The translations under genes were made by a program, and so were the position numbers. A model generated the notes under the pieces. It was given only the letters and a program-made list of their open reading frames with translations, was not told the DNA's origin and did not search any database. 64,000 nucleotides of DNA from Acutalibacteraceae bacterium. Its GTDB lineage: Bacteria > Bacillota > Clostridia > Oscillospirales > Acutalibacteraceae. Positions within the stretch are counted from its first letter, which is position 1; each line of letters opens with the position of its first letter. This document shows, one piece after another, positions 18,499 to 27,964 of this stretch. The DNA is taken from NCBI GenBank assembly GCA_045579365.1, contig JAZNLZ010000021.1, positions 37,794 to 101,793 of the forward strand. The letters run 5' to 3'.

Positions 18499-19232
18499 TG
18501 GAAATCGACCTTTTAAAGGACAGGGTTTTTGATACGGTTGGGATTTGTCAAAAAACTGACCGACCGAAATTCTTGGGATTTTTATCCCTTGAAGAAACTG
18601 CCTTTGTGGAAAATACAGTTTCTAAACTCAAAGCAAACTATAAATTTTTCGGTGGATACGAAGATGCTCAAAGGGTGATTTTCGGTTGCTTTCCTGAATG
18701 GGAAAGTGAGTGGGAATTCCCGATTTCGGGAGTGACTTTAACCTTTCGGAAAAGTGATAGTTTAACCCATAGAGATGTGTTAGGTTCCCTTATGTCTTTA
18801 GGGCTTAAAAGGGAAGCCGTTGGGGATATACTTGTTGAAGAGGCAAGAGCAGTTGTGTTTTTAACCGATGAAACCACCGATTATGTCTTAAACCAAATCA
18901 CAAAAGTTGGTCGTGTTGGGGTGGAAATTACCAAAGGTTTTAAAATGCCTTTGCCAATCGCCGGTGTTTTATCCGATTTCAGTTCAACCGTTTCAAGCGA
19001 ACGGCTTGACTGTGTGGTTGCTGCTTTAATAGGAGCGTCTAGGAAAACGGCCTGTGAAAAAATTGAACAAGCCTTGGTAACGGTAAACTCGGTTATCTCG
19101 CAAAAACCCACCCTTAAAATTAAGGCAGGGGATGTTGTGACCGTTCGTTCAAAGGGCAAGTTTATAGTCCAGTCTATTGAAGATAAGACTAAAAAAGACC
19201 GATTAATATTACGATATAAAAAATATGTTTAG
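18498..19232 (+). CDS. ylmH: YlmH-family RNA-binding (S4-domain) protein
   Basis: C-terminal S4-like segment (RLDCVVAALIGASRKTACEKIEQALVTVN) plus synteny. Confidence 0.8.
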   Translation: MEIDLLKDRVFDTVGICQKTDRPKFLGFLSLEETAFVENTVSKLKANYKFFGGYEDAQRVIFGCFPEWESEWEFPISGVTLTFRKSDSLTHRDVLGSLMSLGLKREAVGDILVEEARAVVFLTDETTDYVLNQITKVGRVGVEITKGFKMPLPIAGVLSDFSSTVSSERLDCVVAALIGASRKTACEKIEQALVTVNSVISQKPTLKIKAGDVVTVRSKGKFIVQSIEDKTKKDRLILRYKKYV

Positions 19233-19242
19233 GGGGATTTTT

Positions 19243-19968
19243 ATGTTAAGCATAGCCGAAATTAGAGATATTAAATTCTCAAGAGCAGTTGGTGGCTATA
19301 AACCTGATGATGTTGATGTATTTCTTGATAAAATCGAGGCTGATTACGCAGCATTTGACCGTATTATTAAGGAATACGAATTAAAGGTTGAAACCCTTAA
19401 TTCTGAAATTGAGGGCTTTAAAAACTCCCAAAGCAGCATACAAAGCGTACTTGTTAGCGCTCAAGGTTTGGCCGATAGAATTGTTAAAGAAGCCAAGGAA
19501 AAAAGCGAGGAAATTATTAAACAGGCTCAGTCTAATATTGAGGCTATCACAGCCCACGAAAAAGAGCTTTCCACTGCTTTTGAACTAAAAGCGCAAGAGC
19601 AAAAGAGTGCTTTGGAAAAAGAACTTAAAAGTATGATAGAAAATGCAAAGAAAAAGGCTGACGATATAACAGCAGTGGCCGAAGAGCGAGTTAAACATCA
19701 ACAAATGTTGTTTGACAAATTAAAACTTGAAATCGCTGCTTTTAAATCTGATGTTTCGGCAAAATATAAGGAACATTTGGAGTTGTTAACTAAAATTCCT
19801 GATAGTGTTCCTGCTTCTCCCGAGTATGTGGCACAGGTTTTGTCGGCTTCTTATGATAAGATTGAGGCAGCAGTTAGCAAAACTCAAACTGAAGATGTTT
19901 CTTCCACATCCGGTGAGTCAAAAGAAGGCTTTGTTGTTGAAACGTCTGAAACCGAGGAGGATGAATAA
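19243..19968 (+). CDS. divIVA: DivIVA-domain cell-division protein
   Basis: N-terminal IRDIKFSRAVGGYKPDDVDVFLD followed by a long coiled coil. AGGGGG lies upstream of the ATG at 19243. Confidence 0.88.
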   Translation: MLSIAEIRDIKFSRAVGGYKPDDVDVFLDKIEADYAAFDRIIKEYELKVETLNSEIEGFKNSQSSIQSVLVSAQGLADRIVKEAKEKSEEIIKQAQSNIEAITAHEKELSTAFELKAQEQKSALEKELKSMIENAKKKADDITAVAEERVKHQQMLFDKLKLEIAAFKSDVSAKYKEHLELLTKIPDSVPASPEYVAQVLSASYDKIEAAVSKTQTEDVSSTSGESKEGFVVETSETEEDE

Positions 19969-20460
19969 TTGCTTTCATATATCTTGGCAATTATAATTTC
20001 GGTTTTAACCCTTTTGGCTGATCAATATACAAAGTATTTTATTTCATCGAATTTCCGGTTGGGTGAAGGAACAAACTTTTTAAAAGGATTTATTGACATT
20101 GTTTATATACATAACACGGGTGGCGCTTGGGGACTGCTTAGTGGAAGCACCTATATTCTTTTAGGGCTTACCTGTGTTATAATAGCCTTCTTAATAGTTT
20201 ATTTTGTGAAGTACGGGCGAAAAAGTAAACTGCTTTTTTGGGCAATAAGCCTTGTAATATCAGGTGGACTTGGCAATATGATTGACCGAGTTTTCAGAGG
20301 TGGCAAGGTTGTTGATTTTCTTCACTTTGAATTTTATCCAACCTTCCCGGTTTTTAATGTCGCCGATATTGGGGTAGTTGTTGGAGCAGGACTTTTGATT
20401 TTGTATTTTGTTTTGGACACACTCAAGGATATTAGAAAGGGTGCTGCCAAAAATGAATAA
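19969..20460 (+). CDS. lspA: Lipoprotein signal peptidase II
   Basis: 163 aa with 4 TM helices, GNMIDR and FNVADIGV motifs, and a TTG start. Confidence 0.88.
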   Translation: MLSYILAIIISVLTLLADQYTKYFISSNFRLGEGTNFLKGFIDIVYIHNTGGAWGLLSGSTYILLGLTCVIIAFLIVYFVKYGRKSKLLFWAISLVISGGLGNMIDRVFRGGKVVDFLHFEFYPTFPVFNVADIGVVVGAGLLILYFVLDTLKDIRKGAAKNE

Positions 20461-21355
20461 ATTCGAGTTGGAATTTTGCGAAACTTCCCCCAAAAGAATG
20501 GATACTTTTGTGAGCCTTGGGGCTGAGGTTTCAAGAAATAGAGCTTGTGAACTTTTGGAAGAAGGTTTGGTGCTTGTAAATGGCGCCAAAGCCACCAAAA
20601 AAACCAAACTTAAAATAGGGGATAGGGTTGAGATTACTTTACCCGACCTTGTGGAATATGAGGCTTTGCCTCAAGACATCCCACTTGACATTGTTTACGA
20701 GGATGACAGCCTTTTGGTGGTAAACAAACCAAAAGGAATGGTGGTTCATCCTGCTGCAGGTAATTATACCGATACATTGGTAAACGCTTTGCTTTTTCAT
20801 TGCAAGGATAGTTTATCGGGTATAAATGGTGTAATGCGACCGGGCATCGTTCATAGAATTGATAAAAACACCAGTGGTCTTTTAATGGTGGCTAAAAATG
20901 ATAATTCCCATAACTTTTTAGCCGAGCAAATAAAGGAACATTCTTTTAAAAGGGAATACGAAGCTGTGGTTTATGGCAATGTTAAGAACGATTCGGGAAC
21001 CGTTAACGCTCCCATCGCCCGTCACCCTGTTAAACGCAAACAAATGGCAGTGGCTGTGGGTGGAAGAGAGGCTGTTACCCATTACGAGGTTTTGGAAAGG
21101 TTTGACGGATTTACCCATTTGAAATTAAAACTTGAAACGGGTAGAACTCATCAAATCAGGGTGCATATGGCTTATATGGGGCATCCCGTTGCAGGTGATG
21201 ATGTTTACGGTCCTAAAAAGGTTATAACCTCCTTAAACGGTCAATGTCTTCACGCCAAGGTGTTGGGATTTATTCATCCCGATACCAAGGAATATATGGA
21301 ATTTGATTCTCAGTTGCCTGAGTATTTCAAAGGATTTTTAAAAAAACTTAAATAG
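20453..21355 (+). CDS. rluD: RluA-family 23S rRNA pseudouridine synthase (RluD-like)
   Basis: S4 domain followed by the HRIDKNTSGL catalytic motif and RTHQIRVH. The ATG at 20453 overlaps the lspA end. Confidence 0.88.
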   Translation: MNKFELEFCETSPKRMDTFVSLGAEVSRNRACELLEEGLVLVNGAKATKKTKLKIGDRVEITLPDLVEYEALPQDIPLDIVYEDDSLLVVNKPKGMVVHPAAGNYTDTLVNALLFHCKDSLSGINGVMRPGIVHRIDKNTSGLLMVAKNDNSHNFLAEQIKEHSFKREYEAVVYGNVKNDSGTVNAPIARHPVKRKQMAVAVGGREAVTHYEVLERFDGFTHLKLKLETGRTHQIRVHMAYMGHPVAGDDVYGPKKVITSLNGQCLHAKVLGFIHPDTKEYMEFDSQLPEYFKGFLKKLK

Positions 21356-21406
21356 TTAGCAATTGACTTTGGTCATTAATATAATTATTTCGAAAGGAAT
21401 GGTAAA

Positions 21407-22246
21407 ATGGACGCAGCAATTATTAAAGAGTTGCAAATTACTGCTTGTAAGGCAAGAATTAGTATTATTGAGGGGGTACATGCTGCAAAGGCTGGACATC
21501 CGGGTGGTTCACTTTCTTGCGTTGATATTTTAACATATCTTTATTATAAAGAGTTAAATGTTGACCCCAAAAATCCCGATATGGAGAATAGAGACCGTTT
21601 TGTTCTTTCAAAAGGTCATGCAGCACCTGCACTTTATGCAGTGTTGGCCGAAAAAGGATTTTTCGATAAATCTTTAATCAAAACCCTTCGTCAAATCGGA
21701 AGCATTTTACAAGGACATCCCGATATGAAGAAAATCCCCGGTGTTGATATGTCCACTGGTTCTTTAGGTCAAGGAATTTCTTGTGCTGTTGGTATGGCAC
21801 TATCTTCCAAACATTTTGGCTCAGGCTTTAATGTTTATACCGTTTTGGGTGACGGTGAAATTGAGGAAGGTCAAGTTTGGGAAGCTGCTATGTTTGCAGG
21901 CAACAAAGGTCTTTCTAATTTAACTGCGTTTGTTGATTACAATAACCTTCAAATTGACGGAACTGTTGAAGAGGTTAACTCTCCTGCTCCTATTGACAAG
22001 AAGTTTGAAGCTTTCGGTTGGCACACCATTATTATTGATGGTCACAACTTCGAAGAAATTGAAAAAGCTTTAGCTGAGGCTAAAACTGTTGATAAGCCTG
22101 TTTGCATTATTGCAAAAACCGTTAAAGGTAAGGGCGTTTCTTATATGGAGAACGCTGTTAACTGGCATGGTGCTGCTCCTAATGATGAGTTGGCAGCTCA
22201 GGCTTTAGAAGAATTAAAACAACAACTTAAAGAACTTGAAGCGTAA
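21407..22246 (+). CDS. Transketolase, N-terminal (TPP-binding) subunit
   Basis: GHPGGSLS and GDGEIEEGQVWEA motifs in a split-tkt arrangement. Confidence 0.9.
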   Translation: MDAAIIKELQITACKARISIIEGVHAAKAGHPGGSLSCVDILTYLYYKELNVDPKNPDMENRDRFVLSKGHAAPALYAVLAEKGFFDKSLIKTLRQIGSILQGHPDMKKIPGVDMSTGSLGQGISCAVGMALSSKHFGSGFNVYTVLGDGEIEEGQVWEAAMFAGNKGLSNLTAFVDYNNLQIDGTVEEVNSPAPIDKKFEAFGWHTIIIDGHNFEEIEKALAEAKTVDKPVCIIAKTVKGKGVSYMENAVNWHGAAPNDELAAQALEELKQQLKELEA

Positions 22247-22262
22247 AGGGGAGGGAATAGAA

Positions 22263-23210
22263 ATGTCAGAAATTAAAACAGTTGCAACCAGAGTAGGTTT
22301 TGGTACTGCACTTAAAGAATTAGGTCACGAGCGTGAGGATTTCATCGTAATGGATGCTGACCTTGCTGCTGCTACCCAAACCGGTTCTTTCAAAAAGGAA
22401 TTCCCCGATAGATTTTATAATTGTGGTATTGCTGAGCAAAATATGATTAGTATTGCTGCCGGTATCGCTGCTACCGGTAAGAGAGTAATTTGTAGTTCTT
22501 TTGCTATGTTTGCTGCAGGCAGAGCTTTCGAGCAAATTAGAAACTCTGTAGGCTATCCTCACCTTAATGTTATTATCGGCGCAACCCATGCCGGTATTTC
22601 GGTTGGTGAAGACGGTGCTACCCATCAATGCAATGAAGACATCGCTGTTATGCGTACCATTCCCGGCATGACAATTATCAATCCTGCCGATGAAACCGAG
22701 GCTAGACTTGCTGTTCATGCTGCTATGGATCATGATGGTCCTGTTTATATGAGATTTGGCAGACTTGCTGTTCCTGTTGTTTTCGGTGACGATTACAAAT
22801 TTGAAATCGGCAAGGGTGTCGAACTTAAAGAGGGTAACGATGTTACCATTATTGCTACCGGTCTTATGGTTAACGAGGCTTTACAAGCTCACGAATTATT
22901 GAAGGCTGAAGGCATTAATGCCAGAGTTATTAATATGGCAACAATTAAACCCTTGGATGCTGAAATTGTTATCAAGGCTGCTAAGGAAACCGGCGCTATT
23001 GTTACTGCTGAAGAACACTCGGTTATCGGTGGTTTAGGAAGTGCTGTATCCGAAGTTTTGGCTGAGGAATATCCTGTTCCTGTTGTTAAACTCGGTGTTA
23101 ACGATGAGTTCGGCCATTCAGGTCCTGCTGTTAAACTTTTGGACGAGTTTGGCTTAAGAGCAGTTAACATTGTTGAAAAGGTTAAAAAAGCAATTTCTCT
23201 TAAAAAATAA
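22263..23210 (+). CDS. Transketolase, C-terminal (pyrimidine-binding) subunit
   Basis: GIAEQNMISIAAG motif. AGGGGAGGGA lies upstream of the ATG at 22263. Confidence 0.9.
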   Translation: MSEIKTVATRVGFGTALKELGHEREDFIVMDADLAAATQTGSFKKEFPDRFYNCGIAEQNMISIAAGIAATGKRVICSSFAMFAAGRAFEQIRNSVGYPHLNVIIGATHAGISVGEDGATHQCNEDIAVMRTIPGMTIINPADETEARLAVHAAMDHDGPVYMRFGRLAVPVVFGDDYKFEIGKGVELKEGNDVTIIATGLMVNEALQAHELLKAEGINARVINMATIKPLDAEIVIKAAKETGAIVTAEEHSVIGGLGSAVSEVLAEEYPVPVVKLGVNDEFGHSGPAVKLLDEFGLRAVNIVEKVKKAISLKK

Positions 23211-23315
23211 ATGTGACTTTGGATGCAAAAATTGTAGAAAAAGTTGATTTTATAATTGAAACTTGAACGTTTTTTGGGATATTGTTAAATTTTTCTCAAT
23301 ATTTCAATAAATGTG

Positions 23316-23344
23316 TTGCTTTTTAACCGATTTTAAGATATAAT
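23316..23344 (+). promoter_or_regulatory. Sigma-A promoter for PEPCK
   Basis: TTGCTT, a 17-nt spacer, then TATAAT. Confidence 0.5.
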
Positions 23345-23384
23345 ATATCAGGAAAATTCAGATTTTATAAAGGAGAAAAGTAAA

Positions 23385-25169
23385 ATGACCAAAAACCCTA
23401 CTTTGATTAAATGGCTTGAAGAAATGCAAGCACTCTTAACACCTGATAAGGTTGTTTGGATTGATGGCAGCGATGAGCAACGTGAAGAGCTTCGCAAATT
23501 AGCTGTTGAACTCGGCGAGTTGACCGAGCTTAACCAAGATGTTCTTCCCGGTTGTTACCTCCATCGTACAAACCCCAACGACGTTGCTCGTGTTGAGGAC
23601 CGTACTTTTATTTGTTCTAAAACAAAAGAGAATGCAGGCCCCACCAACAACTGGTGTGATCCTGATGAAATGTATGAGAAACTTTACAAGATTGCAAGAG
23701 GCAGCTACAAGGGCAGAACCATGTATGTAATTCCTTACTCCATGGGCCCCATCGGTTCACCTTTAGCAAAAATCGGTATTGAGATTACCGACTCTGTATA
23801 TGTTGTTCTCAACATGCTTATTATGACAAGAGTAAGCACCAAAGTTCTTGAAGTATTAGGAGATAGCGATGACTGGGTAAGAGGTTTACACTCTCGTTGT
23901 GACATTGATCCCGAAAATCGTTACATCTGCCACTTCCCTGAGGATAACACCATTATCTCTGTTAACTCCGGTTACGGCGGAAACGTACTTTTAGGTAAAA
24001 AATGTTTCGCTCTTCGTATCGCTTCTTACCAAGGTTGGAAAGAAGGCTGGATGGCTGAGCATATGCTCATCTTAGGTTTAGAGAATCCTAAGGGCGAGGT
24101 TAAATATGTTGCTGCCGCTTTCCCCTCTGCTTGCGGAAAGACCAACTTGGCAATGCTTATTCCTCCCGAGTATTTACGCAAGAAGGGTTATAAGATTTGG
24201 ACCGTAGGCGATGATATCGCTTGGATGAAGATAGGTCCTGATGGCAGACTTTATGCTATCAACCCCGAAAACGGCTTCTTCGGTGTTGCTCCCGGTACCA
24301 ACGAGCACTCTAACTTCAATGCTTTAGAGAGCACCAAGAAAGATACCATTTTCACCAACGTTGCTTTAAATCTTGACACTAACACTGTTTGGTGGGAAGG
24401 TCTTGATAAGAATCCTCCCGAGAACGCTATTGAGTGGAAGGGTAATCCTTGGAATCCTTCGATGTTTGTTAAGGCTGACAAGTCCACCTACGCTGCTCAT
24501 CCAAACTCTCGTTTCACAGCTCCTGCTGAGAATTGCCCCTGCATTTCTGACGAGTTTAACAAGGGTGCAGGCGTTCCCATTAGCGCTATTATCTTCGGTG
24601 GCCGTCGTGCTAAGTGTGCACCTCTTGTTTACCAATCAAAAGATTGGGTTAACGGTGTGTTCGTAGGTTCTGCAATGGCTTCTGAGACTACTGCTGCTGC
24701 TGCAGGTGCAGTTGGTGTTGTTCGTCGTGATCCTATGGCTATGCTTCCTTTCTGTGGTTACCACATGGGCGACTACTTCAAGCACTGGCTTGAAATGGGC
24801 GAGAAGCTTGGCGACAAGGCTCCTAAGATCTTCAATGTTAACTGGTTTAGAACCGATGATGATGGCAACTTCTTATGGCCTGGTTTCGGCGACAATATGA
24901 GAGTTCTTAACTGGATTGTTGACCGTTGCGAAGGCAAGGCTGATGCTACCGAAACTGCTATCGGTTATGTTCCAATGCCTGAAGATATCGACCTTACCGA
25001 CTTAGATATGGATATGGATACCTTGAAATCCATCCTTAAGGTTGACAAGGATGTTTGGACCAAGGAAGCTGCTGAAATCGAAGAGCACTACAAGAAATTT
25101 GGCGACAGATTACCTGATGCTCTTAAGGATCAACTTGCTACTCTTAAAGAAAATCTTAATAAAATGTAA
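23385..25169 (+). CDS. pckG: Phosphoenolpyruvate carboxykinase (GTP)
   Basis: 594 aa with FPSACGKTN (kinase-1a/P-loop) and GDDIAWM motifs typical of GTP-PEPCK. Confidence 0.92.
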   Translation: MTKNPTLIKWLEEMQALLTPDKVVWIDGSDEQREELRKLAVELGELTELNQDVLPGCYLHRTNPNDVARVEDRTFICSKTKENAGPTNNWCDPDEMYEKLYKIARGSYKGRTMYVIPYSMGPIGSPLAKIGIEITDSVYVVLNMLIMTRVSTKVLEVLGDSDDWVRGLHSRCDIDPENRYICHFPEDNTIISVNSGYGGNVLLGKKCFALRIASYQGWKEGWMAEHMLILGLENPKGEVKYVAAAFPSACGKTNLAMLIPPEYLRKKGYKIWTVGDDIAWMKIGPDGRLYAINPENGFFGVAPGTNEHSNFNALESTKKDTIFTNVALNLDTNTVWWEGLDKNPPENAIEWKGNPWNPSMFVKADKSTYAAHPNSRFTAPAENCPCISDEFNKGAGVPISAIIFGGRRAKCAPLVYQSKDWVNGVFVGSAMASETTAAAAGAVGVVRRDPMAMLPFCGYHMGDYFKHWLEMGEKLGDKAPKIFNVNWFRTDDDGNFLWPGFGDNMRVLNWIVDRCEGKADATETAIGYVPMPEDIDLTDLDMDMDTLKSILKVDKDVWTKEAAEIEEHYKKFGDRLPDALKDQLATLKENLNKM

Positions 25170-25177
25170 TCATTTTG

Positions 25178-25207
25178 AAAGCCACCTCGTATGAGGTGGC
25201 TTTTTTA
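25178..25207 (+). terminator. Rho-independent terminator after PEPCK
   Basis: GCCACCTC-GTAT-GAGGTGGC followed by TTTTTT. Confidence 0.85.
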
Positions 25208-25283
25208 TTGCAAAAATATACAAAAATTCATAGCAAAAACTGTCACTTTTTTTGTAAAAAGTGTTTCCAAATTTGGACAAATG

Positions 25284-25292
25284 TGCTATAAT
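25284..25292 (+). promoter_or_regulatory. Extended -10 promoter element for the hydrogenase operon
   Basis: TGcTATAAT lies about 80 nt upstream of hydC. The -35 region (TTTCCA) is weak. Confidence 0.45.
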
Positions 25293-25371
25293 ATAAGAGT
25301 ATACGTATATCCCTATAAATGTATGAAGATTTAGAGGATATAAGTTAGAAAATTACAGGAGGAAAAGATTA

Positions 25372-25866
25372 ATGCAAAAGAAAATCAGTAAGCTTCCCTT
25401 TAAGGGTACTGCCGAGCAGGAGCAACAGCTCAAGGAAATAATCGCAAGCAGCAAGCACGATAAAAGTTTGCTTATGTCTGTTATGCAACAGGCTCAAGAT
25501 ATTTATGGTTATCTTCCTATTGAAGTGCAGACTATGATTGCTGAGGGAATGGAAGTTCCCCTTGAGAAGGTGTACGGTGTCGCTACCTTCTACGCTCAGT
25601 TCTCACTTTCTCCCAAGGGCGAGTATAACATCTCGGTTTGCTTGGGTACTGCTTGTTACGTTAAAGGTTCAGGCGATATTTTCGATAAGTTTAGCGAAAA
25701 GTTAGGCATCGGCGCTGATGAATGTACCGAGGATGGTAAGTTCTCTCTTACTGCCTGCCGTTGCATCGGTGCTTGTGGTTTGGCTCCCGTACTTACAGTT
25801 AATGAAGAAGTATATGGAAGACTTACCGTTGACGATGTTGATGACATTTTAGCTAAATATATGTAA
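25372..25866 (+). CDS. hydC: NuoE-like [2Fe-2S] subunit of the electron-bifurcating [FeFe]-hydrogenase (HydC)
   Basis: Thioredoxin-like [2Fe-2S] pattern C..C(Y)...C...C (VCLGTACYV...CRCIGACG). Confidence 0.88.
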   Translation: MQKKISKLPFKGTAEQEQQLKEIIASSKHDKSLLMSVMQQAQDIYGYLPIEVQTMIAEGMEVPLEKVYGVATFYAQFSLSPKGEYNISVCLGTACYVKGSGDIFDKFSEKLGIGADECTEDGKFSLTACRCIGACGLAPVLTVNEEVYGRLTVDDVDDILAKYM

Positions 25867-25898
25867 CCAAATTTTGTCCGAAAGGATAAGTTGAGTTT

Positions 25899-26255
25899 AT
25901 GAAAATCAGTACTATTAAAGATTTACTTAAAGCTGAGGTTATTTGCTGTGAAGACAGTATAGGCCTTCACGTATATTCTGCCTGTGGCAGTGATATGATG
26001 AGTGATGTTTTGGCCTATGTTAAAGACCAAGCCGTTTTACTTACAGGTTTGGTTAATTCACAGGTTATAAGAACAGCCGAGATGATGGATATGAAATGTA
26101 TCGTCTTTGTTCGCTCAAAAATGCCTACTGCCGAAATGATTGAGTTAGCAAAGGAAAGCAATCTTGTTTTACTTGCCACTTCAAAAAGAATGTACGAGGC
26201 TTGTGGTATTTTATATAGCAACGGCCTTGTAGGAAACAGGGTTAAAAATGGCTGA
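25899..26255 (+). CDS. DRTGG-domain protein 1
   Basis: 118-aa single domain with the core VLLTGL...IRTAEMMDMKCIVFV, which resembles the DRTGG fold. Its end overlaps the next start. Confidence 0.6.
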   Translation: MKISTIKDLLKAEVICCEDSIGLHVYSACGSDMMSDVLAYVKDQAVLLTGLVNSQVIRTAEMMDMKCIVFVRSKMPTAEMIELAKESNLVLLATSKRMYEACGILYSNGLVGNRVKNG

Positions 26256-26673
26256 GGCGCTAAGCTTTAAGTTTGATGTTGACGGCGAAGATTTTACCTG
26301 CGCCGGACAGGCATCGGTTATTGTTAAGAAAAACCTAAGGCAGTTAGGTTTACCACCTGAAATTATAAGACGTGTTTCTATCGCCATGTATGAAGGTGAA
26401 ATTAATATGGTTATTCACGCCGGTGGAGGCACAGCCGAAGTTAAGGTATATGAAGACTGTATTGAAATCATACTCATCGATAAAGGCCCCGGAATTAAGG
26501 ATATTGAACAGGCAATGCAGGAAGGATTTTCCACTGCTACCGACACTATCCGTTCCTTAGGCTTTGGCGCAGGTATGGGTCTTCCCAATATGGATCGTTA
26601 TACCGACTATATGAACATAGAATCTCAGGTTGGTGTGGGTACCACAATTACAATGAAGGTCAATTTGACTTAA
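26248..26673 (+). CDS. Small GHKL ATPase, SpoIIAB/RsbW-like serine-kinase fold
   Basis: N box (AMYEGEINMVIHA), G1 (DKGPGI) and G2 (GFGAGMGL). It has no sensor or DHp domain. Confidence 0.7.
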   Translation: MAEALSFKFDVDGEDFTCAGQASVIVKKNLRQLGLPPEIIRRVSIAMYEGEINMVIHAGGGTAEVKVYEDCIEIILIDKGPGIKDIEQAMQEGFSTATDTIRSLGFGAGMGLPNMDRYTDYMNIESQVGVGTTITMKVNLT

Positions 26674-26692
26674 ATAAAGTAAGGTTGATTTT

Positions 26693-27964
26693 ATGAATAC
26701 TTACGAGCATTCGGTATATTTAGATGTTGAAAAATGTAACGGATGTACTACCTGTCTTAAACATTGTCCCACAGAAGCTATCAGAATTCGCAACAATCAC
26801 GCTGTTATAAATCAAGAGCGTTGCATTGATTGTGGTGAATGTATAAGAGTTTGTCCCCATTCGGCAAAAAAAGCAGTTTGCGATAAATTGTCCGATATGG
26901 ATAAATTTAAGTACAAAATAGCTTTACCTGCTCCGACACTTTATGGTCAGTTTGATAACCTAGATGATGTTGACTATGTTTTAAACGGACTTTTAAAATT
27001 AGGATTTGATGATGTTTTTGAAGTTTCTGCTGCTGCAGAATTAGTTTCGGTTTACACTAGAAACTACCTTAAAAAAGAAGGCATTAAAAAACCACTTATA
27101 AGCTCGGCTTGTCCGGTTATAATGCGCCTTATTTGTTTAAGGTTCCCCTCTTTGAAAGAGAACATAATCCCAATGCTTCCTCCAATGGAGGTTGCAGCAC
27201 GATTAGCTCGTGAAAGGGCACTTAAAAATCATCCCGAACTTTCGCCCGAGGATATAGGCGTTTGCTTTATAACTCCTTGCCCTGCTAAGAGAAGTTATGT
27301 ACATAACGGTTTTGCAGGTTACGAAAGTTTTGTTGATGTGGTTGTATCCATAAAGGATGTTTACTTTAAGCTTATTTCGAAAATGAAATACGGCGAAGAA
27401 ATGCAAAGCCTTTCTTCTTCGGGTATTATAGGCATTGGTTGGGCTTCTTCGGGTGGCGAGTCAACTGCAATTTTTAATGACAGTTACTTGGCTGCCGATG
27501 GAATTAACAACTGCAATAAGGTTTTAGACCAAATTGAAAACGGCAATATACCACCGTTGGAGTTTATTGAGCTTAACGCTTGTACCGGTGGTTGCGTTGG
27601 TGGAGTTTTGACAATTCAAAATCCCTTTATCGCCAAGGCTCGTCTTCAAGGGTTGAGACATTACTTGCCCATTTCTTTGAACTTTGTTCCTAAAACGGAA
27701 GAACAGTTGCCTGACAGTGTGATGTTTAGTGATATGCCTGAATATAAGCCGATTTCCAGACTTAGCGACAGTATGGCTGAATCAATGCGAATGCTTTCGG
27801 AAATTCAAAAGCTTAAAGCTGAACTTCCGGGTATTGACTGTGGCTCTTGTGGAGCACCAAATTGCCGTGCCTTTGCTGAGGATGTTGTTAAAAAAGAGTG
27901 CGACTTGGAAAATTGCCTTATAAGACAAAGATACAAGAAGGTGAGTGACAGTAATGACGGTTAA
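26693..27964 (+). CDS. HydS-like [FeFe]-hydrogenase paralogue (2x[4Fe-4S] ferredoxin domain + H-cluster domain + C-terminal Cys motif), putative sensor
   Basis: Ferredoxin motifs: CNGCTTCLKHCP and CIDCGECIRVCP. H-domain motifs: SSACP, TPCPAK and ELNACTGGCVGG. Tail: CGSCGAPNCRAF...C.....C. Confidence 0.75.
   Translation: MNTYEHSVYLDVEKCNGCTTCLKHCPTEAIRIRNNHAVINQERCIDCGECIRVCPHSAKKAVCDKLSDMDKFKYKIALPAPTLYGQFDNLDDVDYVLNGLLKLGFDDVFEVSAAAELVSVYTRNYLKKEGIKKPLISSACPVIMRLICLRFPSLKENIIPMLPPMEVAARLARERALKNHPELSPEDIGVCFITPCPAKRSYVHNGFAGYESFVDVVVSIKDVYFKLISKMKYGEEMQSLSSSGIIGIGWASSGGESTAIFNDSYLAADGINNCNKVLDQIENGNIPPLEFIELNACTGGCVGGVLTIQNPFIAKARLQGLRHYLPISLNFVPKTEEQLPDSVMFSDMPEYKPISRLSDSMAESMRMLSEIQKLKAELPGIDCGSCGAPNCRAFAEDVVKKECDLENCLIRQRYKKVSDSNDG

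Noticed and set aside
25170-25371. Rex operator (TTGTGAA-N4-TTCACAA-like) upstream of the hydrogenase operon.
   Set aside because: Reading both strands gave no acceptable match. Only the two unrelated palindromes reported as a finding are present.
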